NCBI GenBank assembly: GCA_951813575.1
Contig: OX638375.1
Location: 3,731,330-3,795,329, forward strand
Reading direction: 5' to 3'
DNA from: Candidatus Binatia bacterium
Lineage (GTDB): Bacteria; Desulfobacterota; Binatia; UBA9968; JAJDTQ01
Length of the DNA stretch: 64,000 bases
In this document: piece after piece, positions 37,245 through 49,681 of the stretch
How the letters are laid out: the number at the start of each line of letters is the position of its first letter
Numbering within the stretch: the first letter of the stretch is position 1
The notes under the pieces: generated by a model
The model's input: only the letters and a program-made list of their open reading frames with translations
What the model was told of the DNA's origin: nothing
Databases searched by the model: none
Translations under genes and position numbers: made by a program

Positions 37245-37874
37245 TTATCGGTCCGTGCCGCAGTCCTCGTGGCGCCAATGCCAGGGTTCCCAGGAAAAAC
37301 CGCCGGCCCGTGTTTCCGGGTAGCTCTCGCCGAAACAGAAAAAACTCGCGTTTGCACGCAGCCATGCATAAGCGGCCGTCCTGCTGAAGGTCAGATCACT
37401 GGGACTGAAATCAACGACCCGGCCTGTGATGTGCTCGGAGTATCCCGGCGGCGCTATCCACCGGACGGCAACATCGAAGCTCACGCCGTCGGCCATGGCC
37501 TTTTCAAGGACCTGTTTCTGGTAGCGGTAGCTTCTGAAACCCGAATCCACTTCCAGGTGCACGCCTGCTTTCAGAGCTTCGGACGCCATGGCTGCGAAAG
37601 CGTCCCGCGCTTCTGCCGTGACATAAATTCTGCGTTCTCGGGTAAAGCGTGTGGGGAGGGGTACCAGGGCGGACGGATCGACGGACGGCTGAACGCGCCT
37701 TCCTCGCCAGGGTGGCGGCACATCGTACAACACCCCGAGCAGTTCAACACGTTCCGGTTCGGGTGGCCTTGTCTCCTGTCCCTGGACACAAGTGCATCCG
37801 CACCACCAGAGGGACAAGCCGGCGAGCAGGCCCGCGGTCACACGCGGCAAGCGATTCCGTGCTCTTCGTCTCAC
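37245..37874 (-). CDS. M15B D-Ala-D-Ala carboxypeptidase (VanY-like)
   Basis: SGFRSY, PPGYSEH.TG..VD, EPWHW; start approximate. Confidence 0.85.
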   Translation of the reverse strand: MRRRARNRLPRVTAGLLAGLSLWWCGCTCVQGQETRPPEPERVELLGVLYDVPPPWRGRRVQPSVDPSALVPLPTRFTRERRIYVTAEARDAFAAMASEALKAGVHLEVDSGFRSYRYQKQVLEKAMADGVSFDVAVRWIAPPGYSEHITGRVVDFSPSDLTFSRTAAYAWLRANASFFCFGESYPETRAGGFSWEPWHWRHEDCGTDR

Positions 37875-37912
37875 GCCCTTCGATTTCGCGCAGGACGGCC
37901 GGCCGGAACTCC

Positions 37913-39145
37913 TTATCCGGTAGCCTGCCGCTTCTGGTCCGCCTCGGCGGCGGCCTGGGCCTTCCGGAAGTCTTCCTCGTCGAACTTGTAGAGTCCGGCG
38001 CCGCCCATGAAGATGGCGGCGGCCGTCTCCCGTGACACGTTGCTCAGCAGGTTGCTGGAGACGTTGGGGAAGTTCGAGTCGAAGTGCGGGTAGTCCGTGG
38101 AGATGCACATGCGGTCCGCGCCGATGAGCTCGGCGGTGCCGGCGATCTCGGGCTCGCTCCCTTCCACCGCGGCCCAGCAGTTCCGCTGGAAGTACTCCTT
38201 GGGCGTCAGCGACAGGTACGGCGCGTGGGAGTCGCGATAGTTGGCGTAGTCCCACTCGATGCGCGTCAGTATGCCCGGCACCCATGAGTTCTGGGCTTCC
38301 AGGTAGCCGACCCGCAGCTTGGGATGGAACTCGTACACGCCGCCGATGATCATGGCGATGAGGGCCTGCTGCATCTCGATCCAGTGGCTGGCCACGTGGC
38401 GGTAGAAGCGGTTCTCGCCGTACAGCGCGTTCATGTGGGAGTTCCACGCGCCGGTGCCCTCGTGGAAGCACCAGGACACGTCCAGTTCCTCGTGCAGGCT
38501 GTAGAGAGGGTCCCAGTAGTTGGAGTGCCAGAAGTGACCGTTGACCATGTTGGGCCGGATGAACGAGGCCACCGCCCCGAGCTCCTCCACCGCCCGCTTG
38601 AGCTCGTGGCACGCCAGGTTGACGTCGTGCAGCGGTAGCATGGCGGCGAACTTCATACGCTCCGGGCGGTGCTGGCAGAAGTCGTGGATCCAGTCGTTGT
38701 AGGCGCGGCTCAGGGCGTGCGAGAGATGCGGGTCCATGTTGTCCCGCGCCAGCAGCCCCAGCCCGCCGGTGGGGAAGAGCACGCCGATGTCGATGCCCTC
38801 CATCTCCATGCCCATGATCTGGGCTTCCTCGTCGTATCCCCGCTCGATGGCGAAGTCGAGGCGCCCCGTGTCGGCGATGCGGGAGGCGGACAACACCCCG
38901 GTGGCGGCCCCCATGATGGGCCCCGTGGCCTTGGATGAGGCGGCCTTCTTGCGGTGCTGCTGCAGTTCCGAGTCCGCGCCGGTGGGCAGGCCGTCAATGG
39001 TCCAGGTGCGGCGGCTGATCTTGCCCTTGCCGTCCACCGCCCAGGTGACCCGGTGCTTGAAGTCGGGATCCAGGTATTTCTCCAGCAGGTCGCCGGGTTC
39101 CTGAATGTGCATGTCGCTGTCCACGAAACGCAGGCCGTCTTTCAT
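37913..39145 (-). CDS. Amidohydrolase_2-family protein
   Basis: DSDMH, VLFPT, AYNDW, FHEG, STDYPH. Confidence 0.88.
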   Translation of the reverse strand: MKDGLRFVDSDMHIQEPGDLLEKYLDPDFKHRVTWAVDGKGKISRRTWTIDGLPTGADSELQQHRKKAASSKATGPIMGAATGVLSASRIADTGRLDFAIERGYDEEAQIMGMEMEGIDIGVLFPTGGLGLLARDNMDPHLSHALSRAYNDWIHDFCQHRPERMKFAAMLPLHDVNLACHELKRAVEELGAVASFIRPNMVNGHFWHSNYWDPLYSLHEELDVSWCFHEGTGAWNSHMNALYGENRFYRHVASHWIEMQQALIAMIIGGVYEFHPKLRVGYLEAQNSWVPGILTRIEWDYANYRDSHAPYLSLTPKEYFQRNCWAAVEGSEPEIAGTAELIGADRMCISTDYPHFDSNFPNVSSNLLSNVSRETAAAIFMGGAGLYKFDEEDFRKAQAAAEADQKRQATG

Positions 39146-39245
39146 TTCGTTCCTCCTTGTCCGGGCGAACTCCGAGCCTCGCGTGTCCACGAGTCCCTTG
39201 CGCCGCATCCTTACCGACGACACTACAGGAAGTGGCGGCTCGCGG

Positions 39246-40157
39246 TCAACGACAGCCGGGCGCGGCGATCTCTCCGTTGGCCACGCGTATGTCACGGTAG
39301 CAGACCGTGGCTACGACTGCCCAGCATGCTCTGATCGATCCCTTCAACAAGAGGATCGCCACTGCCACCAACACGGTAAGGTCGTGCTCTCGAAGGTAGC
39401 CTGACACGCCCTTGAGCAGGGTGGTCGATGAATGATTCAGCGACTCGGTAAAGCACCCGACCAACACGAGCACGGCGAGCACTCGGGGCCAATGACGCGA
39501 GGTTAGACGGCAGGATCGTTTGAAGCTGTCCAGGACTCCCGTGCGTTCGATGGCCGCCACCGGCAAAAGCAGGAGCAGCCGGCTGTCGACAAGACCGTTG
39601 AATACGGTGCCTGCCACCGACAGGGCAAGGAGTACCCCTGTCGGTGGCAGTTCCAGCTCCGAAGTGACGACCAGGACAACCGCCGCCTGTTGCGGAAGGT
39701 AGAGAAGGGCGCGCAGCATTGCGACCGCGGACACTCTTGAGACGAACAGGTAGAACGGACGATGCCGGATACCCGGTATCGCTCTTGCGACGGTGATCAG
39801 GGAGTCCTTCAACCTCAACCGACGACCGCTCAGAACGCGCCAGACCGCCATGGCGATCACGGCCTCCGCCGCAACTCTCGACGCGGCATGCAAGGTGACG
39901 GAAGCGATCTGTCTGTAAAACAAGGTGGCAAAACCAAGGGTTCCCCGGACAAGGTTTCCCAGGACAAGAAAGGGGGCAAGCCCGGTGAGGAACAACACGA
40001 ACCCCACCGTCCATGCGACAACGGACACCAAAACGACGAACGGCGCCACCTGTCGGCAGAGCACCGAAATGGACAGGCGCACGACGGGCCAGACCGCGAT
40101 CTTGTGGTCGTGGACAGGCGTGTTGAGTGAGCTTCGCTCGAACGGGTCAGGTTCCAT
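39246..40157 (-). CDS. Multi-pass membrane protein, lower GC
   Basis: About 6 TM segments; LLPVAAIERTGVLDSFKRSCRLT pattern. Confidence 0.65.
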   Translation of the reverse strand: MEPDPFERSSLNTPVHDHKIAVWPVVRLSISVLCRQVAPFVVLVSVVAWTVGFVLFLTGLAPFLVLGNLVRGTLGFATLFYRQIASVTLHAASRVAAEAVIAMAVWRVLSGRRLRLKDSLITVARAIPGIRHRPFYLFVSRVSAVAMLRALLYLPQQAAVVLVVTSELELPPTGVLLALSVAGTVFNGLVDSRLLLLLPVAAIERTGVLDSFKRSCRLTSRHWPRVLAVLVLVGCFTESLNHSSTTLLKGVSGYLREHDLTVLVAVAILLLKGSIRACWAVVATVCYRDIRVANGEIAAPGCR

Positions 40158-40303
40158 GGTTGGTTCTCCGGATCCTTGCAACCCTTAGACTTTCCGACCG
40201 CACCATGCAATAAGGAACGATCGGTTCACCTTCCGAGGGGCGGTGGCCCGGCACGGCCTTCGCCGCCGGTCGCCGTTGCGATTCCACGTATGCGAGGGAC
40301 CTC

Positions 40304-41236
40304 ATGATGAAAAATTGGGCTTTGCGAGCCTTTCAGCTTCACGCCCGTCACATCCGCCTGCTGCCGGCGTTAATCCTGGGAATCGCGGCCGCGGGCTGCG
40401 CCTCGTCCACGGATACAGCCCGCCTCGACGAGGTCGCCGAAGCGGGCATCGCTTATGCCGACAAGGTGCCGCGGTTGCTCGATCGGGCATTCGAGCTGGC
40501 GGCGTCGGTGGATTCGGGCGCGTTGGTGCAGGCGCGGCCTGGGCTTTCGGCGGAGCAACGCCGGAAGGCTCTGCGGGAGTTCGACGCGGCCATGGCCGAA
40601 CGCCTGGAGGGATACGTAGCGGCCAAGGGCCACAACGACTTGTTGAAATCCTACTTCGTTGCGTTGCAGACCCTTGTCGAGCCCGAAGGACGGAAGGGCT
40701 TCGGCGATGCCGCGAAACGGCTCACCGCGGAGTTGGGCAAGTTGTCGCCAAGGATCAGGAAGGCCCGCATGGGCGATGTGTCGGTGGGCGGTCTCGTCGA
40801 GCCGGCGGCGGAGATCGCGGTGGCTTCATTCCGTTCCGCGGCGCTGCGGCGTGAGCTCGAAGCCCGCGGCGCAACCATCGAACGCGAGCTGGCCCTGCAG
40901 CAAGCCCTGGTGAGCGCCCTGGCGCGGCAGGTGCGCGCGGACCGGGAGGTCCTGTCGACGCGCTTTCGCGATGACGAGGTGTTGGAGCCGTATGTGAGCG
41001 CGGCGCGGCTGCCCAAAACCTGGCCGGCGCGGCGGCTCCGGAGCCTGCGGGGCGCCGGTGACGTGGAAGCGGCGCGGGCCGCGGAACGGGCCATTGGTTC
41101 GTTGCGGCAGGCATACGTGGCCGCGCTGGAGGGACGCCTGGATTCCACCCGGGCAGCCGAGCTGGCCACCACCGTCGAGGGTTTCGTCGAGCTGGTGTCG
41201 CGACTCGGCGCCGGGGCCAAGGAGGCCGTTCGATGA
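40304..41236 (+). CDS. Hypothetical all-helical lipoprotein
   Basis: Lipobox-like IAAAGC; helical heptad character. Confidence 0.65.
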   Translation: MMKNWALRAFQLHARHIRLLPALILGIAAAGCASSTDTARLDEVAEAGIAYADKVPRLLDRAFELAASVDSGALVQARPGLSAEQRRKALREFDAAMAERLEGYVAAKGHNDLLKSYFVALQTLVEPEGRKGFGDAAKRLTAELGKLSPRIRKARMGDVSVGGLVEPAAEIAVASFRSAALRRELEARGATIERELALQQALVSALARQVRADREVLSTRFRDDEVLEPYVSAARLPKTWPARRLRSLRGAGDVEAARAAERAIGSLRQAYVAALEGRLDSTRAAELATTVEGFVELVSRLGAGAKEAVR

Positions 41237-41568
41237 TGTCGGGAGAGATTCGAGGCAAGACGCTGTCGGAGTTGCGCCGGGCGCGAAAAAACATGATGTC
41301 GGCGGAATGGCTTGCGGGATTGGAGGGTGTGTCCGCGGCCGAGCGCACGGTGGCGGCAACCACGCTGCTGGACGTCTGCATGGCCATCCGGCGGCTCGAG
41401 AACGTCGGCGTCGTGGCCATCCGGCGGCAACTGGCCGATAACGAAAATGAGCTTGAACGGGGTATCCGCGGTCTTCAGCGGGCTTCGGAGCGGCTCCACC
41501 GGGTGAAGACGTACCTCAGGGCCGCCGCCGTGCTCGCGGCGACCGTGGGCAAAGTGGTCAAGCCTTGA
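41233..41568 (+). CDS. Hypothetical small helical protein coupled to the lipoprotein
   Basis: ATGA overlap with the upstream stop; GGAGG SD. Confidence 0.65.
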   Translation: MMSGEIRGKTLSELRRARKNMMSAEWLAGLEGVSAAERTVAATTLLDVCMAIRRLENVGVVAIRRQLADNENELERGIRGLQRASERLHRVKTYLRAAAVLAATVGKVVKP

Positions 41569-41614
41569 TCCACGTCGTCGGAGGATCGGGCGTAGCCGGC
41601 CTAGAGGCCGGGCC

Positions 41615-42094
41615 TTGGCGCCGCCCTATCGCAAGCAGACGCCGCACCCCTTTCTCGTCGCCAACCGCCTTGTGCAAGGGTCCTACGTAAGCGGCCTTTC
41701 GGCGCTGGCGCACGCGCACTGCATTCCCGAATACGTTCCCGAGACCACAAGCGTGGGACCCGGACGGCCTCAACTCCGGCAGACCGCGCTGGGCCGCTTT
41801 TCTTTCCGTCATATCAAGGTCGATCTGCTTTACGGCTACCGGCAGGTCGATTTAGGCCGGGGACAGACGGCGTTCGTGGCCGTGCCGGAGAAGGCGCTGC
41901 TCGATCTCGTCCATCTGTGCCCCGGCGGCGACGAACCCGCCTACATCGAGGAGTTGCGGTTGGATCTGGAGACTCTGGACCTGGACCGGCTGGACGCGCT
42001 GGTTCACGCCGCGGCCAGGCCCAAGCTGTTGCGAGCCACCCGGTATATTCGTTCCCTGGCCGAGGATCGCACTCCGTCCTACGAGCCACTGTGA
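41615..42094 (+). pseudogene. AbiEi-type antitoxin, apparently missing its N-terminal wHTH
   Basis: LAPPYRK..PHPFLVANRL...SYVS..SAL, PEKALLD; no upstream HTH-coding sequence or SD. Confidence 0.7.
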
Positions 42095-42900
42095 AAGCCC
42101 ATCTGATCGATCTCGTGCGGGCGGCGGCGGCGTTGCAGGGCCGCAACATCGCCCGCGAGTACCTTCAGGCGCGAATCCTGGGCGTGCTGCAACGGGAGGG
42201 GGCGATGGTGTCGCTCGCGTTCCGGGGCGGCACTTGCCTGCGCTTCCTCTTCGCCCTCCCGCGCTACTCGGAAGACCTGGTTTTCGCCCTTGAAAGCGAT
42301 ACGGACCGCTATGATCTGCGTGCTTGGCTGAAGGCCATTCGCGCGGAGTTGTCCCGCGAAGGCTACAGCGTCGGTCTCGCGGTTCGGGACCACAACCCGG
42401 TTCATAGCGCGTTCGTGCGCTTCCGAGGGCTTTTTTGCGACGCGGGCCTCTCACCCCATCGAGAAGAAAGCCTTGCCGTCAGGATCGAGGTCGATACCCG
42501 CGCTCCGGCCGGGGCCGTCCTGGAGACCCACCTCGTGCGGCGCCACGTGACGCTACGGCTGCGTCACCACGACCGCGCGTCGCTGCTCGCCGGCAAGCTG
42601 CACGCGATCTTGCAGCGTCCCTACACCAAGGGAAGGGATCTGTACGACCTGATCTGGTACATGAGCGATCCGACCTGGCCCGCGCCCAATCTCAGGCTGC
42701 TCAACGCGGCCTTGCGCCAGACTCATTGGTCGGGCGGAGTGCTGCGGGACAACACCTGGCGGGAGACGATCATCCAGCGTCTCGACGCCTTGGCGTGGAA
42801 CCGGGCGACCGCGGATGCGCGACCGTTCCTGGAGCGGGAAGAGGATGTGGAGTTGCTGACTCGGGAGAACGCCGTACGGCTTTTGACCGAGCACCCGTGA
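42091..42900 (+). CDS. AbiEii nucleotidyltransferase toxin (D-to-V at the DxD motif)
   Basis: EYLQARIL, FRGGTCLR, YSEDLVF, KGRDLYDL; GTGA overlap. Confidence 0.85.
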   Translation: MKAHLIDLVRAAAALQGRNIAREYLQARILGVLQREGAMVSLAFRGGTCLRFLFALPRYSEDLVFALESDTDRYDLRAWLKAIRAELSREGYSVGLAVRDHNPVHSAFVRFRGLFCDAGLSPHREESLAVRIEVDTRAPAGAVLETHLVRRHVTLRLRHHDRASLLAGKLHAILQRPYTKGRDLYDLIWYMSDPTWPAPNLRLLNAALRQTHWSGGVLRDNTWRETIIQRLDALAWNRATADARPFLEREEDVELLTRENAVRLLTEHP

Positions 42901-43135
42901 TAGTGGGTAGCGTGCGAGCAGCCTTGCTACCTAGTCGCCTGGTCGGTCGTCTCCTTGGTCGCTCGCTGTCAGAATCGGTCATATGGCAGGATACGAACCG
43001 AACTCAGCTATGTCCGGAACGGCAAGCGCGGCCTGTCAAGGGAAGGTGAATTATATCCACCGCTATTGTATGATGACTTGTCCCGACGGCGGCCGACGCT
43101 CCGGCGGGACGGTCTGACATGGAAGCAGGTTCCTC

Positions 43136-43753
43136 ATGAGCGTTGCCGATTCAGACGCTGTCCTTTCACAACACGAGCGCGCTACCATCGAGGCGGCGGC
43201 CGCGCGCATCGTCCCCTCGGACAAGGATCCGGGCGCGCGGGAGGCCGGGGTGATCGACTACATCGAGGGGCTGCTGGCCACGGATGACGACGTCGACACG
43301 GACATCAGCCCCCGGGAGAAGAAGGAGTACGCCAACTTCCTCCTCGGGAGCATGGGGGGCCGCACCGAGGAGCAGCAGGCGACTCTGTTCAAGCTCAACG
43401 GCCTGGGCAGCCGCCACCGGCAGGCCTACCGGGACGGGGTGGCGGAGCTGGACCGGCTGGCCGCGGAGCTGGAGTCGGGCAAAGACTTCCACGGGCTGGA
43501 CGAGGCCGGGCAGGACCGGGTCCTGACCCTCCTGGACGAGTGCAAGGATCCGTTCTTCACGCTCCTCCTCACCCACACCATGGAGGGTTTCTACGGCCAT
43601 CCCCGGCACGGCGGCAACAGGGACCAGACAGGGTGGCAGGTCTTGGGGTATCCCGGCCCGAGCTTCCCCCACGGCAACGAAACCCCCTACGGCTGGTACG
43701 ACGCCAACGAGCCCGACGAGTTCCCTCACGCCAAGAAGGACCGCTCGTCCTAG
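43136..43753 (+). CDS. Gluconate 2-dehydrogenase subunit 3-family protein
   Basis: PGAREAGVIDYI, TMEGFYGHP.HGGN, GWQVLGYPG. Confidence 0.85.
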   Translation: MSVADSDAVLSQHERATIEAAAARIVPSDKDPGAREAGVIDYIEGLLATDDDVDTDISPREKKEYANFLLGSMGGRTEEQQATLFKLNGLGSRHRQAYRDGVAELDRLAAELESGKDFHGLDEAGQDRVLTLLDECKDPFFTLLLTHTMEGFYGHPRHGGNRDQTGWQVLGYPGPSFPHGNETPYGWYDANEPDEFPHAKKDRSS

Positions 43754-43782
43754 GCCGGCACCCGGAGACACAGAGGAAACAG

Positions 43783-45438
43783 ATGGCAAAGCGCGAAACA
43801 GTCGATGTCTGCATCGTGGGAGGGGGAGCATCGGGTCTGGTGGCGGCCAAGGAGCTCACCGAGGCGGGCATGACCGTGTGCGTGCTGGAGCGGGGCCCCT
43901 GGTACAAGCGCGAGGACTTCGCCCTGGGCGATGAGTTGATGTACAAGCGGCGCAACTTCTTCTGGCCCACGGTGGAGTTGGAGCCGCGCACCTGGCGGCC
44001 CGACGCGGACAGCCCCACCGAGCTCCTGTCCACCAAGACCCAGACCTTCTCCAACGCCATGTGCGTGGGCGGTGGCACCATCCACTACAGCGGGCTTTCC
44101 TGGCGTTTCCACGAGTCGGACTTTCGGGTGAAGTCCGAGGACGGCCCGGTGGCGGGCACCACCATCGAGGACTGGCCTATATCGTACGACGACATGGAGC
44201 CCTTCTACGAGAAGGCGGAATGGACCGTCGGCGTCTCGGGCCAGGGCTGGTCGAGCCCCTTCGACCCGCCCCGCAAGCACGACTATCCGGTGGGGCCGGC
44301 GGCGCGCAACAGCCCGGGAGCGGCCCTGGAGAAGGGCGCCCGCAAGCTCGGCCTGCACCCGTTCCCCACCCCTCTGGCCATCCTCACCGGCGACTACGAC
44401 GGCCGCCCCGGCTGCATCGGCAAGGGCATGTGCTCGTCCTACGGCTGTCCGGTGGGGGCCAAGTCCAGCACCCTGGAGTCGCTGCTGCCCAAGGCCCTGG
44501 CCACCGGCCGGCTGGAGATCCGGCCCCTTTGCCTGGCCCGGGAGATCACCCTGGACCGGGACGGCAAGGCTTCCGGCGTGACCTATTTCAACGGCGAGGG
44601 CGAGGAGGAGCACCAGCCGGCGCGCCTGGTGGTGATGGCGGCGGGCGGCGTGGAGACGGCGCGGCTGCTGCTCATGTCCGAATCCGCGCGGTTCCCCCAG
44701 GGATTGGCCAACCGAAGCGGACTGGTGGGCAAGAACCTCATGTTCCATTCCCCGGGCGTGACCCTGGTGGTGACCTTCCCCGAGCCGCTGGACGGCCACA
44801 AGGGAACTTCCAGCACCCGGGTGCTCCATGACTTCTACAAGACCGACACGAAACGGGGTTTCATACGGGGCGGCTTCATGCACCCCCGGGCCCACGGCGG
44901 CGACCCCATCGAGCTGGCGCTGAGGCCCATCCACGGCAAGCGCTGGGGCAAGGAGCACAAGGACTCCATGCGCGAGACCTGGAGCCACTACCTGCACAGC
45001 CACTGCACCGGCGAGAGCCTTCCGGTGGAGAGCAACGCGGTGGACCTCGACCCGGAGGTGACCGACTGCTACGGCCTGCCGGTGGCCCGCATCACCTACA
45101 CCAGCCACGAGAACGACGTGCGGCTGGCCGCCTACCTGGGAGAACGCTCCCGGGAGATCTACGAGGCCGCGGGAGCCACCCGGATCATCGTGCCCAAGCC
45201 CGAGACCCGCAAGCTCCACAACCACCAGATGGGCTCCTGCCGCATGGGCAACGATCCCGAGTCGTCGGTGGTGGACAAGTGGTGCCGTTCCCACGACGTG
45301 TCCAACCTCTTCATCGTCGACGCCAGCGTGTTCGTGACCGCCGCCGGCCTCAACCCCACCCTCACCATCGAGGCCAACGCCTTCCGCGTGTGCGACTACA
45401 TGGTGGGCGAGGCGCGCAAGGGCGACCTCATCCACTGA
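43783..45438 (+). CDS. GMC-family flavoprotein oxidoreductase
   Basis: IVGGGASG, VGGGTIHY, NHQMGSCRMG, NPTLTI. Confidence 0.92.
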   Translation: MAKRETVDVCIVGGGASGLVAAKELTEAGMTVCVLERGPWYKREDFALGDELMYKRRNFFWPTVELEPRTWRPDADSPTELLSTKTQTFSNAMCVGGGTIHYSGLSWRFHESDFRVKSEDGPVAGTTIEDWPISYDDMEPFYEKAEWTVGVSGQGWSSPFDPPRKHDYPVGPAARNSPGAALEKGARKLGLHPFPTPLAILTGDYDGRPGCIGKGMCSSYGCPVGAKSSTLESLLPKALATGRLEIRPLCLAREITLDRDGKASGVTYFNGEGEEEHQPARLVVMAAGGVETARLLLMSESARFPQGLANRSGLVGKNLMFHSPGVTLVVTFPEPLDGHKGTSSTRVLHDFYKTDTKRGFIRGGFMHPRAHGGDPIELALRPIHGKRWGKEHKDSMRETWSHYLHSHCTGESLPVESNAVDLDPEVTDCYGLPVARITYTSHENDVRLAAYLGERSREIYEAAGATRIIVPKPETRKLHNHQMGSCRMGNDPESSVVDKWCRSHDVSNLFIVDASVFVTAAGLNPTLTIEANAFRVCDYMVGEARKGDLIH

Positions 45439-45540
45439 AGCGCTTCCCGGCGCGGTGGCTCTCTTTTTGCGTGTTGATCCTGGTGGGCGTTTGGCCCGGC
45501 GCCGCGACCTCCGGTCGGCGGCGTGGCCGGCAGGGGACCC

Positions 45541-47370
<1,830 letters not shown>

Positions 47371-47473
47371 TCGCGTGGATTGGGCCGACTCCCGGACACG
47401 GGAGGTCGCTGTCGTCCGCCCCGCCTCAGGCAATCTTGAATGTCGGATTTGAGATGACGCCGTCCCCGCGGCC

Positions 47474-47806
47474 ATGGCGGATACGGACGCGTACATGCGG
47501 TGGTGGAATACGTTGAGCCCGGAACAGATGGTGAAGGCGCTGCACGGAGACAAGGCCACCGAGGCGCAGGCCAAGGCGGCCAAGAAGCCCTACGCCAAGC
47601 TGGACGCCGGCACCAAGAAGCTCGTGGACGCGGCGGCCGAGTCCATCTACGGGGACGGCGGCTTCGACAGCGTGGGGCAGTGGTGGGAAACCCTCGGCTG
47701 CCGGCTGATGCGGGTGGCCGCGGGTGACGGCATCGCCGCGGACCCGTCCAGCCCGTTCTGCGCGCACTATCCCGGTTCGGGCAAGGCCAACATCATGGAC
47801 GAGGCA
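47474..47806 (+). pseudogene. Orphan fragment (about 110 aa) of an unidentified protein domain
   Basis: Host-like codon usage and protein-like sequence up to a hairpin; no SD; the frame then runs antisense into the ABC permease. Confidence 0.4.
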
Positions 47807-47841
47807 AACCCATCTCCCTCGGTTGGAGAGGGGTTTGCCTC
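47801..47841. terminator. 17-bp imperfect hairpin just downstream of the permease stop
   Basis: GAGGCAAACCCATCTCC-CTCGGTT-GGAGAGGGGTTTGCCTC. Confidence 0.55.
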
Positions 47842-47848
47842 GTTTCTC

Positions 47849-48684
47849 TTACCGGCTGCGCGTGAGCTTCGGATCGATGATGTCGCGCAGTCCGTCGCCC
47901 AGCAGGTTGATGCCGAGGACGGTGATGAAGATGGCGATGCCGGGGAAGATGGTGAGCCAGGGGGCGCGGTACATGTAGCTGCGGCCCTCGCTCAACATGG
48001 AGCCCCAGGTGGGGATGCTGGGCGGAACGCCGAGCCCCAGGAAGCTCAGGCTCGCCTCGGTGATGATGACGATGGCCATGGCGAAGGTGGCGATGACCAT
48101 GACGCTTGGCAGCGTGTTGGGAATCACGTGGCGCAGGATGATGTAGGGGCTGCTGGCCCCCAGCGCCCGTGCGGCCTGGACGAACTCGCGTTCCTTGAGC
48201 GACAGCACTTCCCCCCGGACCACCCGGCAGTACTGCACCCAACGGCTGAGCACCAGCGCGATGATGAGATTCACCAGACCCTGTCCGAGGAAGGCCATGA
48301 TGGCGATGGCCAGCAGCAGGAACGGGAAGGCGAGAAAGATCTCCGTGGTTTTGTTGATGACCTCGTCGATCATCTCGCCGAAGTATCCCGCCACCGCTCC
48401 GAGAAAGCAGCCCAGGAGGCCGGCCAGGAACACGGTGGCGGCTCCCACCATCAGCGAGATGCGCGAGCCGTAGATGACCCGGCTCAAGAGGTCCCTGCCG
48501 AGGTTGTCGGTGCCCATGAGGTGGGGGTTCTCGGTCAGGTCCATGGAGGGCGGGCGGAGCCGCTGCTCCAGGGCCTGCTCCTGGGGATCGAAGGGCGCCA
48601 GCAAGGGGGCCCCCAGCCCGCAGACGCACAGCACGAGCACGATGACCCCGCCGGTAATGACCTTCGCGTAGCGACGCCAGCCGA

Positions 48685-48712
<28 letters not shown>
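47849..48712 (-). CDS. Peptide/nickel ABC permease (DppC-like)
   Basis: MGTDNLGRD, EFVQAARALGAS EAA motif. Confidence 0.92.
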
Positions 48713-49677
<965 letters not shown>

Positions 49678-49681
49678 GAAG

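Noticed and set aside
37245-38612. 455-aa form of the M15 peptidase
   Set aside because: The N-terminal half is an alternative frame within the amidohydrolase gene; the real gene starts near 37874.
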